A stretch of DNA of 26,054 nt from Candidatus Heimdallarchaeota archaeon (GCA_015523565.1 WAKA01000148.1:1-26054); one strand, 5' to 3'; positions 1 to 8,740 are shown, counted from the first letter of the stretch. Numbers and translations: made by a program. Notes: generated from the letters alone by a model not told the origin.

Positions 1-514
1 CCCACCCCTTGTCGGCAAAGGAACCCTTGTATCCCATCCCCTTGACAGGAATCTTTCCCTTTTCAGCCTCATTCAATACAATAAGATAAGGATTGGTTGC
101 TTCTTTTGTAATGTCTTTTGTCTGCCAATAAGAATCCGCAAACTTGTTAATCGCAGGATTTCTTTCAACGGTACAGAATTCAGGATATTCCTGTACGCAT
201 CTAAGGCATCCCGTGCAATATTCCCGTCGAGGCATAAATCCGCCGAACGGTCCACTGAACACACCATAAATGCAAGGTCTGCTTAACAATGTATCCCTAT
301 ATTCTTTTTTCAGCAATTTGAAATTGTATGTGAAAACCTCCTTAAGCAGAGTCTTGAAGAGCCCGAATTTCCCCACTTTGGGATAGAAAGGATAAGGTTT
401 GGAAATTCTTGGAGGTGCAGGGGATGTTCTTATTTTGAAACGATTATATTCACCAGTGGTTTTTTCAAGATCAATGGTTTTCTGTGCAAGAAATACAACA
501 GATTTTTTGCTCAT
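1..514 (-). CDS. Fe-S-containing glutamate synthase (GltB FMN-domain)-related protein, N-terminal part; runs off the window edge
   Basis: Not in the ORF track. Manual translation from ATG 514 (AAGGAA directly upstream) is open to position 2: MSKKSVVF...RFKIRTSPAPPR...PCIYGVF...CTGCLRCVQEYP...EAEKGKIPVKGMGYKGSFADKGW. The ferredoxin-type CxxCxxC plus the AExGKIPVxGxGYxGxF segment match archaeal stand-alone glutamate-synthase-like proteins as I recall them. Confidence 0.7.
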   Translation of the reverse strand, partial: MSKKSVVFLAQKTIDLEKTTGEYNRFKIRTSPAPPRISKPYPFYPKVGKFGLFKTLLKEVFTYNFKLLKKEYRDTLLSRPCIYGVFSGPFGGFMPRREYCTGCLRCVQEYPEFCTVERNPAINKFADSYWQTKDITKEATNPYLIVLNEAEKGKIPVKGMGYKGSFADKGW

Positions 515-797
515 TTCCTTGGAAGTTTGCGTTATCAATATCATGTTTGGACGACATCTTGTTTAAAAATGATTCGAAATGAAATCGTCCACACAACACC
601 ATCCAAATTTGAACAAAATACAATATTTTTTTAAAATTAAAGATATAATCCCGCATTTTACGAATTTCATAGGAACAGATTGATTTCCGAAAATTATCAG
701 GAATTGGTTGGAAAAAGGCAGGGAAAGCTTCAAAATAAAATATTCGAAGCTGCGCTAAAAAGACCAGATGAGAAAATATCCAGAATCGTTGAACAGT

Positions 798-1184
798 TTA
801 TCCGAGAATTTCCGCGATTTTCTTTGCTGCAATATCCATTTCATGGAAGATAAGCCCTAGTTTTGCATCCTTGCTTGTTGAAACAGTCAAGACAGCATTT
901 GACCCGGCAGACACTGAAATGACATGACCATCCTTACCCTCTACAAATATTTTCTGAAGTAATCCCCGATTTAGGTTATTGCTGATCTTTTCGCCAAGAG
1001 ACAGCATTGCGGCCGTCATTGCGGCGACAATGGCATCTTCATATTCAGGAGGCATTCGTGAGGCAATTGGTAGACCTTCAATTGAAACTATTGCAGCAGC
1101 CTCAATTTCTTTTACATTTACATCAATCTCTCGAAGGATTTCATCCAAATCTTTTGCTTTATCGTCAAATGAGAAGTCGAACAT
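798..1184 (-). CDS. Roadblock/LC7 (MglB-like) domain protein
   Basis: 128 aa. IEAAAIVSIEGLPIAS, VAAMTAAMLSLGEKI, LQKIFVEGKDG and AKLGLIF match the typical Roadblock/LC7 pattern. Confidence 0.92.
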   Translation of the reverse strand: MFDFSFDDKAKDLDEILREIDVNVKEIEAAAIVSIEGLPIASRMPPEYEDAIVAAMTAAMLSLGEKISNNLNRGLLQKIFVEGKDGHVISVSAGSNAVLTVSTSKDAKLGLIFHEMDIAAKKIAEILG

Positions 1185-1371
1185 GGTCAGATCCCCAGTA
1201 ATTCATTTAGAAACTGTTTCTAATGGATATTAATCATTCTTTAATAAAAACATATTGGAAAGCAATTGGTTTTTGTTCAATGATTTATGATACTATAGTT
1301 CGCATGGGAAAATCGATTATATAAAGGCGCACAATGTTGGGATTTATTAAATTTGTTCAAAAACTCCACGT

Positions 1372-2133
1372 ATGAACATCGGATATTTTCTGGGACCGGC
1401 TGGTTCTGGAAAGTCTCATGCAACTGCTGCGCTTTATGATTGGATGAACAGGGTAGAATTGGACGTTATCACGGTCAATTTAGACCCCGCTGTGATTAGG
1501 TTGCCCTATGCACCCGCAATAGACATAAGGCAATATGTTGATTATGAGGATATTGTGGATAGGTTTGAGCTGGGACCAAATGGGGCAATCATCGCCGCCA
1601 TGGACCAAGTTGCCTTGAATATTGACGAGGTGATTGAGGAACTGAAAAATTATGGGGCAGATTATGTCTTGGTTGACCTGCCGGGACAGATGGAAGCATT
1701 TGCTTTCAGGGGAAGTGGTCCCCTTATAATCTCAAGCCTGGCACAGGACAATATTGCGGCAGGGGCATTTTTGATAGACCCAATATTGTGCAACACAGCC
1801 TCAAGCTTCATTTCAATTTTGCTCTTTGGGGTTTCAATAAGTTATAGGCTTCACACAGGCATGGCATTTGTCATCTCAAAGGGGGACTTACTGAAGGAAA
1901 ACCGATTGATACGCATGCAGGAATGGGTGGAAAATCCAGAATTTCTCATGGAGGACTTGAGATTGGAAAAAAACATCCTTAACGCGGACCTTTCCCAAAG
2001 GATTGCACAATTGGTCATTGAAAACGAACACCTCAGTGAATTCCCTGTAATCTCGTCAGAAACCCATCAGAACATAGACTTGGCGTTTGCAGAATTTCAG
2101 AGGATTTGGAATTCCGAAGACATGTTTAGTTAA
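1372..2133 (+). CDS. GPN-loop GTPase (archaeal GPN/PAB0955 family)
   Basis: GPAGSGKS (G1), VNLDPA, DIR, LGPNGAI (GPN loop), DLPGQMEAF (G3), SKGDLL (G4). Confidence 0.95.
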   Translation: MNIGYFLGPAGSGKSHATAALYDWMNRVELDVITVNLDPAVIRLPYAPAIDIRQYVDYEDIVDRFELGPNGAIIAAMDQVALNIDEVIEELKNYGADYVLVDLPGQMEAFAFRGSGPLIISSLAQDNIAAGAFLIDPILCNTASSFISILLFGVSISYRLHTGMAFVISKGDLLKENRLIRMQEWVENPEFLMEDLRLEKNILNADLSQRIAQLVIENEHLSEFPVISSETHQNIDLAFAEFQRIWNSEDMFS

Positions 2134-2194
2134 TGAAAAAATCCTTGTATTTAATCGATGAGTATTTTATAGGAGAAAAACACTAGGGGAATCA

Positions 2195-2971
2195 GTGAAA
2201 GAGAGGTTCTCGCCCTATAACCTTATTTACGCAATCTACAAGCGGAATCTGAAAAGGAAAGTCAAGGCAGGAACTATCCCAAAACATGTAGGGCTTATTC
2301 TGGACGGCAATAGAAGAGGGGCAACCACTTTGGGGATTTCCAAGGAACGCGGATACAAGATGGGGGCACAAAAACTTGAGGAGGTCCTGAATTGGGCCTG
2401 GGATTTGGGAATCAAAGCAATTTCCGTCTGGATATTCTCTACAGAAAACTTCCAAAGGTCAGATGATGAGAAGTCGGTCATTTTTAAACTTGCCAAGGAA
2501 AACGCCATCAAGATAAGGAATGATGAAAGGGTACATGAAAAGAAAATACAGGTGCGGTTTTCAGGAGAAATATCAATGCTTCCCGAAAGCCTCCAAGAGG
2601 AATTTCGGAAGACGGAAGAGGCGACAAAAGATTACAACGACTACATATTGAACATTTGTGTCGCATACGGCGGCAGAAAAGAGATTGTGCATGCCGTAAA
2701 GAAAATTGCCAAACATGTCAAGGATGGGAAACTCGATATTGATTCCATCAATGAGGAAATGATTGCCATGTATCTCTATACCACAGGCCTTCCCGACCCT
2801 GACCTGATAATAAGAACCTCTGGGGAGATACGGCTTTCAGGCTTCCTTCTCTGGCAGGGAGTCTATTCGGAACTTTATTTCACAGATGTCTACTGGCCAT
2901 TGTTCCGTGAAATTGACTTTTTGCGGGCAATTAGGTCATACCAGTTGAGACAAAGAAGATTTGGAAAATAA
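2195..2971 (+). CDS. uppS: cis-prenyltransferase (undecaprenyl/polyprenyl diphosphate synthase)
   Basis: PKHVGLILDGNRR, FSTENFQR, AYGGRKEI, DPDLIIRTSGEIRLSGFLLWQ, RQRRFGK. GTG start with GGGG upstream. Confidence 0.96.
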   Translation: MKERFSPYNLIYAIYKRNLKRKVKAGTIPKHVGLILDGNRRGATTLGISKERGYKMGAQKLEEVLNWAWDLGIKAISVWIFSTENFQRSDDEKSVIFKLAKENAIKIRNDERVHEKKIQVRFSGEISMLPESLQEEFRKTEEATKDYNDYILNICVAYGGRKEIVHAVKKIAKHVKDGKLDIDSINEEMIAMYLYTTGLPDPDLIIRTSGEIRLSGFLLWQGVYSELYFTDVYWPLFREIDFLRAIRSYQLRQRRFGK

Positions 2972-2981
2972 AGGGAAAACA

Positions 2982-3434
2982 CTATTTGGTACGACCAATA
3001 CGGAATTTGAGGATGGATTGCCTTTTATATGTCTCAAGAATGTAGTCATGGCTTTCTGGAAGCTCACGCTTCTTCAACAGGGAGTTGCGAACCAATGGCT
3101 CTGAAACATACACCACCATTCGATCAAGATATGGAAGTTGGGAAAAAAGATCAGGAACCAAGTCTTCATTGGGTACAACCAGTTTCATGCCAATAATATG
3201 CCCAAATGAATCACCAGGTTGCAGAACAGTCAATGAGATGACATCATCAATGACAGAATACCGGTCAACACCCACGTGATCAACCAATGCGGGTTTCGAA
3301 AGATAGAGATTAACGCCAGACAATCTTAGCTCGATTGCCAATTCCTCAAGCACATTCAGCTCAGATGGAGAAATCAATCGATCCAGGGAAACATTTGAAG
3401 CCCGGCGCAAACGTCTCAGACGTTTATAATACAT
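2982..3434 (-). CDS. hypothetical protein (150 aa, Arg-rich N-terminus)
   Basis: ATG-initiated ORF with protein-like composition, convergent with uppS (10-bp gap). No family recognised. Confidence 0.65.
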   Translation of the reverse strand: MYYKRLRRLRRASNVSLDRLISPSELNVLEELAIELRLSGVNLYLSKPALVDHVGVDRYSVIDDVISLTVLQPGDSFGHIIGMKLVVPNEDLVPDLFSQLPYLDRMVVYVSEPLVRNSLLKKRELPESHDYILETYKRQSILKFRIGRTK

Positions 3435-3479
3435 CTACTTAGATTCTGTGGAAAACAGTATAAATACGTTCACTAAAAA

Positions 3480-4388
3480 AAAGAACCTAGTGACAAGTTT
3501 CTTGATTTTCAAAAAATAAGCAAGATCATGGAAGGAACCAGCCCCACGCCAAACGAGCACCAAAGGTGGTGAAGAACATGGAAAAGAGGTACCGAGACAA
3601 TCTGATTTCCCAAGCAAAAGAAGCCTCCCAAACCTTGCCTTCGAAAAGGTCGTTTTCCTTAAGTGGAGGGATAAAACGGAAATGCCTGCTCTATATGATC
3701 TCCCCCCATCGAGAAGAAGACATTCAGATCACGGGAAAAATCCCATTGAATAAACCAGTGAAAGACAATTTATTCAGATCAGGATTGTATACCGATGAAG
3801 CCATTAAAGGACTAAAATCGATCCCGATCGAACAAATCATATGACTCCCCAAAAAGATACTATGAAGCCTTCCCTCTATGGCTTGAAGCAAGATTGAGAA
3901 GAATACTCCATACATTGACTCTCAATCAAAATCCCCTGATACATAATTTTGAAGCTTGGAAAAAATAATATTCAGCTCAGGAAAACTGACCGATGTAATT
4001 AGTACAAGAAGAATTTGGGAACTCGCCAAAAAATACCTCGCAATAGGTTCAAGATTACAGATGACCAAATTCGGCAAACAAATCATCTCCAAGCCATACA
4101 AACCGTTCAGATATCTGACAATGCCAACCCCCATTTTCCTTGATCACAAGATATTCCAAAATGGCAACTTCATCAAAATGCTCAAAAAAATATTCCCAAA
4201 TAAACCAATCCCCAAAAATCTTGAAAAAATACCCTCCAGAAAAAAATCTATCTTGATATCCTTGAAACCGCACATCAATCGCGCAACAAACCCTTCCCAA
4301 AAAAGACATAGATAATTTCTTCAACTCTGTGAAAAACGTGGCTGAATTCCTAAATAATATTGTTATCAAAATCACAAAAAGGATTTGA
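3480..4388 (+). pseudogene. Frameshifted paralogue of the C-terminal region of the 1149-aa ORF (left copy)
   Basis: Successive frames give YDSPKRYYEAFPLWLEARLRRILHTLTLNQNPLIHNFEAWKK (3840-3965), IWELAKKYL...PFRYLTMPTPIFLDHKIF and DNFFNSVKNVAEFLNNIVIKITKRI* (stop 4386-4388). These match YYQKIHYWIEAQLRRILNRLTLDKDLFEQNLDKWCK, ILEIAKRYL...PFRSGAYLTPIFLDPKLF and NHFFNIIQNFKTEIGKLKILFARI* of ORF 4935-8384. The 5' boundary is approximate. Confidence 0.8.
4067..4355 (+). repeat. Left arm of a ~290-bp imperfect inverted repeat (partner 8843-9127)
   Basis: The reverse complement of 4255-4355 is identical to 8843-8943 (101 bp). The outer part still aligns, with scattered substitutions and small indels. 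Confidence 0.93.
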
Positions 4389-4431
4389 TTCAAATATAGA
4401 TTTATAAATACCGTAGGAAACAGGAACTAGA

Positions 4432-4531
4432 TGATCCGGGAGGGATTCGAACCCACGATCACGTGCAATTTGGATGTTATCCAATTTGACCATCCCCAAG
4501 CACGCATGTTACCAAGCTACACTACCGGATC
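4432..4531 (-). tRNA. tRNA-Pro(GGG) with a 26-nt intron at position 37/38 (intron 4468-4493)
   Basis: Minus strand: acceptor GATCCGG/CCGGATC+A, D-arm GTGT..GGTA..ACAT, anticodon stem CGTGC/GCACG, loop TT-GGG-G^T, variable TGATC, T-arm GTGGG-TTCGAAT-CCCTC (one mismatch). Exon TTGG pairs with intron CCAA next to a 3-nt 3' bulge. No encoded CCA. Confidence 0.9.
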
Positions 4532-4541
4532 TACTATTTGT

Positions 4542-4557
4542 TGTGGAATTTTCCACA
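4542..4557. promoter_or_regulatory. Palindrome TGTGGAA-TT-TTCCACA just upstream of tRNA-Pro; candidate protein-binding site
   Basis: Perfect 7-bp inverted repeat with a 2-bp spacer, 11-26 bp upstream of the tRNA 5' end. Confidence 0.35.
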
Positions 4558-4883
4558 TTTGATAATTAGATAATTTTCTTTTAATGTTTTTTCATGGTTA
4601 CGTGTTAGATTTTTTGATTCTTTTTAATTCTTTATTTCAGTGGGTTTCTGTTAAAATATTGATGGATTGTTTTGGTTTTCTTTTTTTCCTTTATGAATTT
4701 TTTTGGATACTTTGGATGTTTGGATTGTTAATTGAATTTTAGATAACGTTTTTGTCAGAGTTAGAGCAGCAACAGATGGTTTTATGGGGTTTCCGTCATG
4801 TGATTTTCGATAATTCATATTTTCTTGTTTTCTATCATCAGATTGAGGATCACATTTGGCATTGTTAAATTTTCATCAAAGGG

Positions 4884-4931
4884 TTATGAGGAGAGAGATG
4901 GATTGATTTATCGGGAGAGAGATGGATTGAT
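4884..4931. repeat. Tandem duplication, 2 x 24 bp (TTATgaGGAGAGAGATGGATTGAT / TTATcgGGAGAGAGATGGATTGAT)
   Basis: 22 of 24 positions identical; lies 3 bp beyond the stop codon of the 1149-aa ORF. Confidence 0.85.
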
Positions 4932-4934
4932 AAT

Positions 4935-7900
4935 TCATATCCTTGCAAACAGGATTTTGAGTTTTCCGATTTCAGTTTTGAAATTTTGGATAATATTGAA
5001 GAAATGGTTGTTTTTGTGTGGCAAATTCATTTTAAGAATTGCATTGATGTCGGCTTCAAATGTTTTTCTGTAATCAAGGACAGGTTCAGGTTTATTATCA
5101 ACAATTATATTTATATCGAATCGTTGTATGATTTTCCGATACTGTTTTTTGTTTTCTGCAAACAGTTTTGGATCAAGGAAAATTGGGGTCAGGTAAGCCC
5201 CAGATCGGAATGGTCTGTCACCGAGCGTTCTTTTTATTAGGACCTTTTCTGCATTTTCGTCATAAGCCAAAGTGTGACCTGGGACAAGATATCGTTTAGC
5301 AATTTCGAGGATATGTTTTTTACCAAAAATGGTTTCGAAAGTCACATCAGTATTTCCTAGTTTTAGTTTGCACCATTTATCCAAATTCTGTTCGAACAGG
5401 TCTTTATCCAACGTCAATCGGTTCAAAATTCTGCGGAGCTGTGCTTCGATCCAATAATGGATTTTTTGGTAATAATGTTCTTTATTTTTAAATATCAAGA
5501 GATTTTCCCGTCCCGTTTTTGTTCCAAGATGTTTTGTTCCTAAAAATTCAGGGTCTATAGTGTCTGGATTTTGTGGAAAATGTCCAGGGAGCATTCTTAG
5601 GTCGAGAATTGTAAACACATTTCCTACAGGTTCGTTATTTGTTTTTGGATCAAACCATACGAAAACATTTTTCAAGTGGAGACAATTCATTTTAAATTTA
5701 ATCTTTACCAAGTTATCGGTAATTCCAGAGGCTACTTGTTTAAGTTCTTCAATCATAGACAATTCGAAAGGTTTTCCATGTTTTTTAGTGAAATCCATGA
5801 TTGTTTCTTGGTGGAAATAATTCATGAGTTCGTTGAAATATGTTGCAAGAAAGCTTATTAGTCTGCCATTTTTCATCAAATGTTTAAGAAAACTTTCAGC
5901 CCGTTCGATGTTAAGTTTTTTGTTCACCATCAGTGAATAATCATTCAATGTTCCTGTGGGGGGTCTGAAATGCAAATAGGTAAGTTTTTGTTTTTCATGG
6001 AAAGCTTCCACTATTTCAATCAACGGGACGGGGGGTTCTACAGCAGAGTATATTTCGGCGGTCAATCCTCCCAAAGGGCTGGGCAAATGACTATTGGAAA
6101 ATGATCGATGTCCAATTGGCAATTTTCCAAACCATAGCAAGACAATATCGGTTTCCTCTTCAGCGATAGCTTTTTTGTTAATTCTCCATCCTTTCAAGTA
6201 ATTGGATATTTTCTCTTCAGGAATCAGGAATTTAAGAAGGGATGATGGAGATTGTATGTATTTGACAGGGGCGTGGTGGTTTTCATAATGTATTCCAGCG
6301 GTCACACGAGTTGTGGTGACATAATTGTCGACTTCCACGTAGACCATGGTTTCTCCGTTTTGATTTGGTTTTGTTAAAATTATTGGATTTTTACTTTTTG
6401 TGTTGACCCTTTCGATTATTTTCATAAACAGATGTGGATCAATACCTCTCGTATTCCACTTCAGACCAAATTCAGAAACATCAAAAGAGCGATAATGATT
6501 GAAGGTTATTGGAAAATCCCCTCTCAATTTACCCAACAGATTTTCAACTTCCGAAGCAGTGGTTCCTGCATATGAGAGAATGTTTACTTCAGGCATCCAT
6601 CTGCCCAAGATGAAATTCGATTGGTGTCCTTGGTTCACAGTTGAAAAGACCAGATTGTACACTTGCTCCTGAAATCTTCTGAATTGATCCAGATCGTCTG
6701 TTTGAAGAGGAGCTCTTGAAAAAAGAGAAATGTCGTCAATTTCAATGGAAAACATGTCGAGATCATCGAAGTACCTGACAATGCCGTTCCGATCGATGAA
6801 TTTTGTGATACCAAAGCGATGAACTATTCCTTTTGGAGTATTGATTGTTTGTGGTGCAAAGAAGGTGTCTTTGTCAATGATACCGATATAAAGGGTCCCG
6901 TTTGCATCCCTCAAAGGGATTTGTATAATGTCCGATAGGTTTGATATGATGTCCCCGACAGAGGTGGAAACTAAGTTGTCTTGTTTTTTTATGATTAAGA
7001 GGTTATTTTCCATTGCATCTTTTATAGTATTGATTGAGCTAAACCCGATGCCAAGGTCTTTTGGTTCAGGCCACCTCCCACTTCTCATGAATTCAATCAT
7101 CTGATGTTGTGCAATGGAATTCTCCATCTTCTGGACGTATCCTTTGATTATGCAGTGAACAATCTGTTTCTGGTTCTCTGAAAGTTGTGAGAATTTCAGC
7201 TCACCGAAGCTCCTTTTTGCGATTGCCAACTTGAATTCATTTGTTGCAAGAGAAACTGCATTGGAAGAGCGTAACCCTTCTGAATCGACATAAAACAATT
7301 GGTCAATTCCCAGTGCACAGGTCAATTTTATCCAATCCCGTTTCAAGCGGTCGATTCGATCGAATCCGACACCACCAATAAACAAGCGTTTATCCTCTAT
7401 TGACCTAATCAAAGCAGGGTAGTCTTCAATCTTTCCAAGCACTAGTTTGGTATTTTCATTTCCTTTCAGTGTAATCCTGTTTGCATCGGTTATGAATGTT
7501 CTTCGATCCAAATTATCTGAAAGGTTTATTTTATACTCTTCAATGGTGTTCATAAAAGTCTTATCCTGTATTTGCTCAATCAGGAAGTTGGTGGTTCTTG
7601 TCAGGTCATCGGTTCCTTCAATTGGAGTGCTTGGGATAATCAATGTCAGCCTGTCTGTACCAGATGACACCCCATTTGCATCTAGGGTATGGCGTTTGAT
7701 GTGATCAATTGCATTTTTCAGGGCTTCATCAACGAGATCGACTGAAGTGCATGAAACAGGGATGTTCCTTTCCTTTATCTTATTGATGACTTGCTTTTTC
7801 TTTGCATCCGAGAGTTTGAACACTGTACCATTCAACACATTGTCTTCATTGGTGGAGCTGTTGAGGATCAGGCTTGCAGGGAAGATATCATTGTCCAACA

Positions 7901-8384
7901 GCCTGTTTACGAGGAAATAATAACTCAATTCTTTTTCAAGCATGTGAAGAATGAATTTTTCAGCCCTTTCGCCTTGATTGAAGAAAATTTCGGATCCTTT
8001 GATGAAGTTGGCGTTCGGATCCTTGATTACGTCAGTAATGGAATTGTATTTTGAGATCTCCCCAACATTCTTATTTGACTTGATAAACTCATAGTATTCG
8101 CCAAGAAGGTTTTTGTCCTTTGTTTCAAAATAGGTTTGCACCTTTTTGTCCTTTATGAACTGCGACTTTGTCTTGGTATGGTGGAAATAGTACATGAGAT
8201 TGACCTTTCGCAAGAAGATCTCGTTCAGTGAGATTTCCTTGATGGAATTAAGGTAATTCATGTCATAAAGCTTGGTCAGGTTGTTCTTCAACTCTTCATT
8301 CATTGGGATAGGTTCTGAAAGTTTGTGGGAAGCACAGCTCATGCATGAAAAGTGGAAGACCGGATACTGGTTACTGTCCGTCAA
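4935..8384 (-). CDS. Large hypothetical protein (1149 aa) of an unrecognised family; probably 5'-truncated
   Basis: 3.45-kb uninterrupted ORF with a TTG start and a CxxC near the N-terminus (SCMSC). The frame stays open a further 15 codons up to TAG at 8430-8432. Paralogous fragments lie on both sides. Confidence 0.85.
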   Translation of the reverse strand: MTDSNQYPVFHFSCMSCASHKLSEPIPMNEELKNNLTKLYDMNYLNSIKEISLNEIFLRKVNLMYYFHHTKTKSQFIKDKKVQTYFETKDKNLLGEYYEFIKSNKNVGEISKYNSITDVIKDPNANFIKGSEIFFNQGERAEKFILHMLEKELSYYFLVNRLLDNDIFPASLILNSSTNEDNVLNGTVFKLSDAKKKQVINKIKERNIPVSCTSVDLVDEALKNAIDHIKRHTLDANGVSSGTDRLTLIIPSTPIEGTDDLTRTTNFLIEQIQDKTFMNTIEEYKINLSDNLDRRTFITDANRITLKGNENTKLVLGKIEDYPALIRSIEDKRLFIGGVGFDRIDRLKRDWIKLTCALGIDQLFYVDSEGLRSSNAVSLATNEFKLAIAKRSFGELKFSQLSENQKQIVHCIIKGYVQKMENSIAQHQMIEFMRSGRWPEPKDLGIGFSSINTIKDAMENNLLIIKKQDNLVSTSVGDIISNLSDIIQIPLRDANGTLYIGIIDKDTFFAPQTINTPKGIVHRFGITKFIDRNGIVRYFDDLDMFSIEIDDISLFSRAPLQTDDLDQFRRFQEQVYNLVFSTVNQGHQSNFILGRWMPEVNILSYAGTTASEVENLLGKLRGDFPITFNHYRSFDVSEFGLKWNTRGIDPHLFMKIIERVNTKSKNPIILTKPNQNGETMVYVEVDNYVTTTRVTAGIHYENHHAPVKYIQSPSSLLKFLIPEEKISNYLKGWRINKKAIAEEETDIVLLWFGKLPIGHRSFSNSHLPSPLGGLTAEIYSAVEPPVPLIEIVEAFHEKQKLTYLHFRPPTGTLNDYSLMVNKKLNIERAESFLKHLMKNGRLISFLATYFNELMNYFHQETIMDFTKKHGKPFELSMIEELKQVASGITDNLVKIKFKMNCLHLKNVFVWFDPKTNNEPVGNVFTILDLRMLPGHFPQNPDTIDPEFLGTKHLGTKTGRENLLIFKNKEHYYQKIHYWIEAQLRRILNRLTLDKDLFEQNLDKWCKLKLGNTDVTFETIFGKKHILEIAKRYLVPGHTLAYDENAEKVLIKRTLGDRPFRSGAYLTPIFLDPKLFAENKKQYRKIIQRFDINIIVDNKPEPVLDYRKTFEADINAILKMNLPHKNNHFFNIIQNFKTEIGKLKILFARI

Positions 8385-8740
8385 ATTGAACTCACCAAGT
8401 GTAGGCCGGATGCTGAATGGCTTGCAAACCTATTGTTTTCAACAAATTGCACATCAACATACCTCTTCTCCTTGTTCTTGAAGAATACGCCGTATCCGTT
8501 AGGTTCTGCGGTAACTGTATGTTCCCTCCACGGATTTCTTGACACACAGGCGAACAAACTTGACGATTGTCTTGTTTTCAGTCGCTGAAACCTAGCGGGT
8601 TCAGACAGCTTGGCGAGACCATTTCGCCGTTAATCGGAACCTATCCTTTGTGACTATTTCCCATGATGGTTCTGAAGTGTCTATGATCCTTTCAGGTTTC
8701 ACAACTATAAGTCTTGGTAAACCGAAATGGAACGGATTCC
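8385..8740 (-). pseudogene. Possible decayed 5' extension of the 1149-aa gene
   Basis: Overlapping protein-like open stretches in alternating minus frames (RNPFHFGLPRLIVVKPERIIDTSEPSWEIVTK; EHTVTAEPNGYGVFFKNKEKRYVDVQFVENNRF) lead into KPFSIRPTLGEFNLTDSNQ, which is in frame with the large ORF. Confidence 0.4.

Noticed and set aside
73-656. ORFs 73-267(-) and 471-656(-)
   Set aside because: Out-of-frame overlaps of the better-supported 514-to-edge gene.
3840-4315. Frameshifts as general homopolymer sequencing errors
   Set aside because: Neighbouring genes with equal or longer A/T runs are intact, and some lesions are not in homopolymers. This cannot be fully excluded without reads.
3566-4393. 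ORFs 3566-3844(+), 3956-4315(+), 4055-4393(-), and likewise 8835-9017(+) and 8887-9075(-), as independent genes
   Set aside because: They are fragments or antisense shadows of the frameshifted paralogues.
4432-4531. Alternative reading as tRNA-Pro(TGG)
   Set aside because: Shifting the anticodon stem by one base breaks the D-stem register and shortens the variable loop; GGG fits better.
4884-4931. CRISPR array
   Set aside because: Only two abutting units, with no spacer and no cas genes.
8385-8445. Pyrrolysine or selenocysteine readthrough extending the large ORF
   Set aside because: The in-frame TAG (8430-8432) has an in-frame TGA three codons further upstream, and the protein-like sequence continues in a different frame, which favours frameshift decay.
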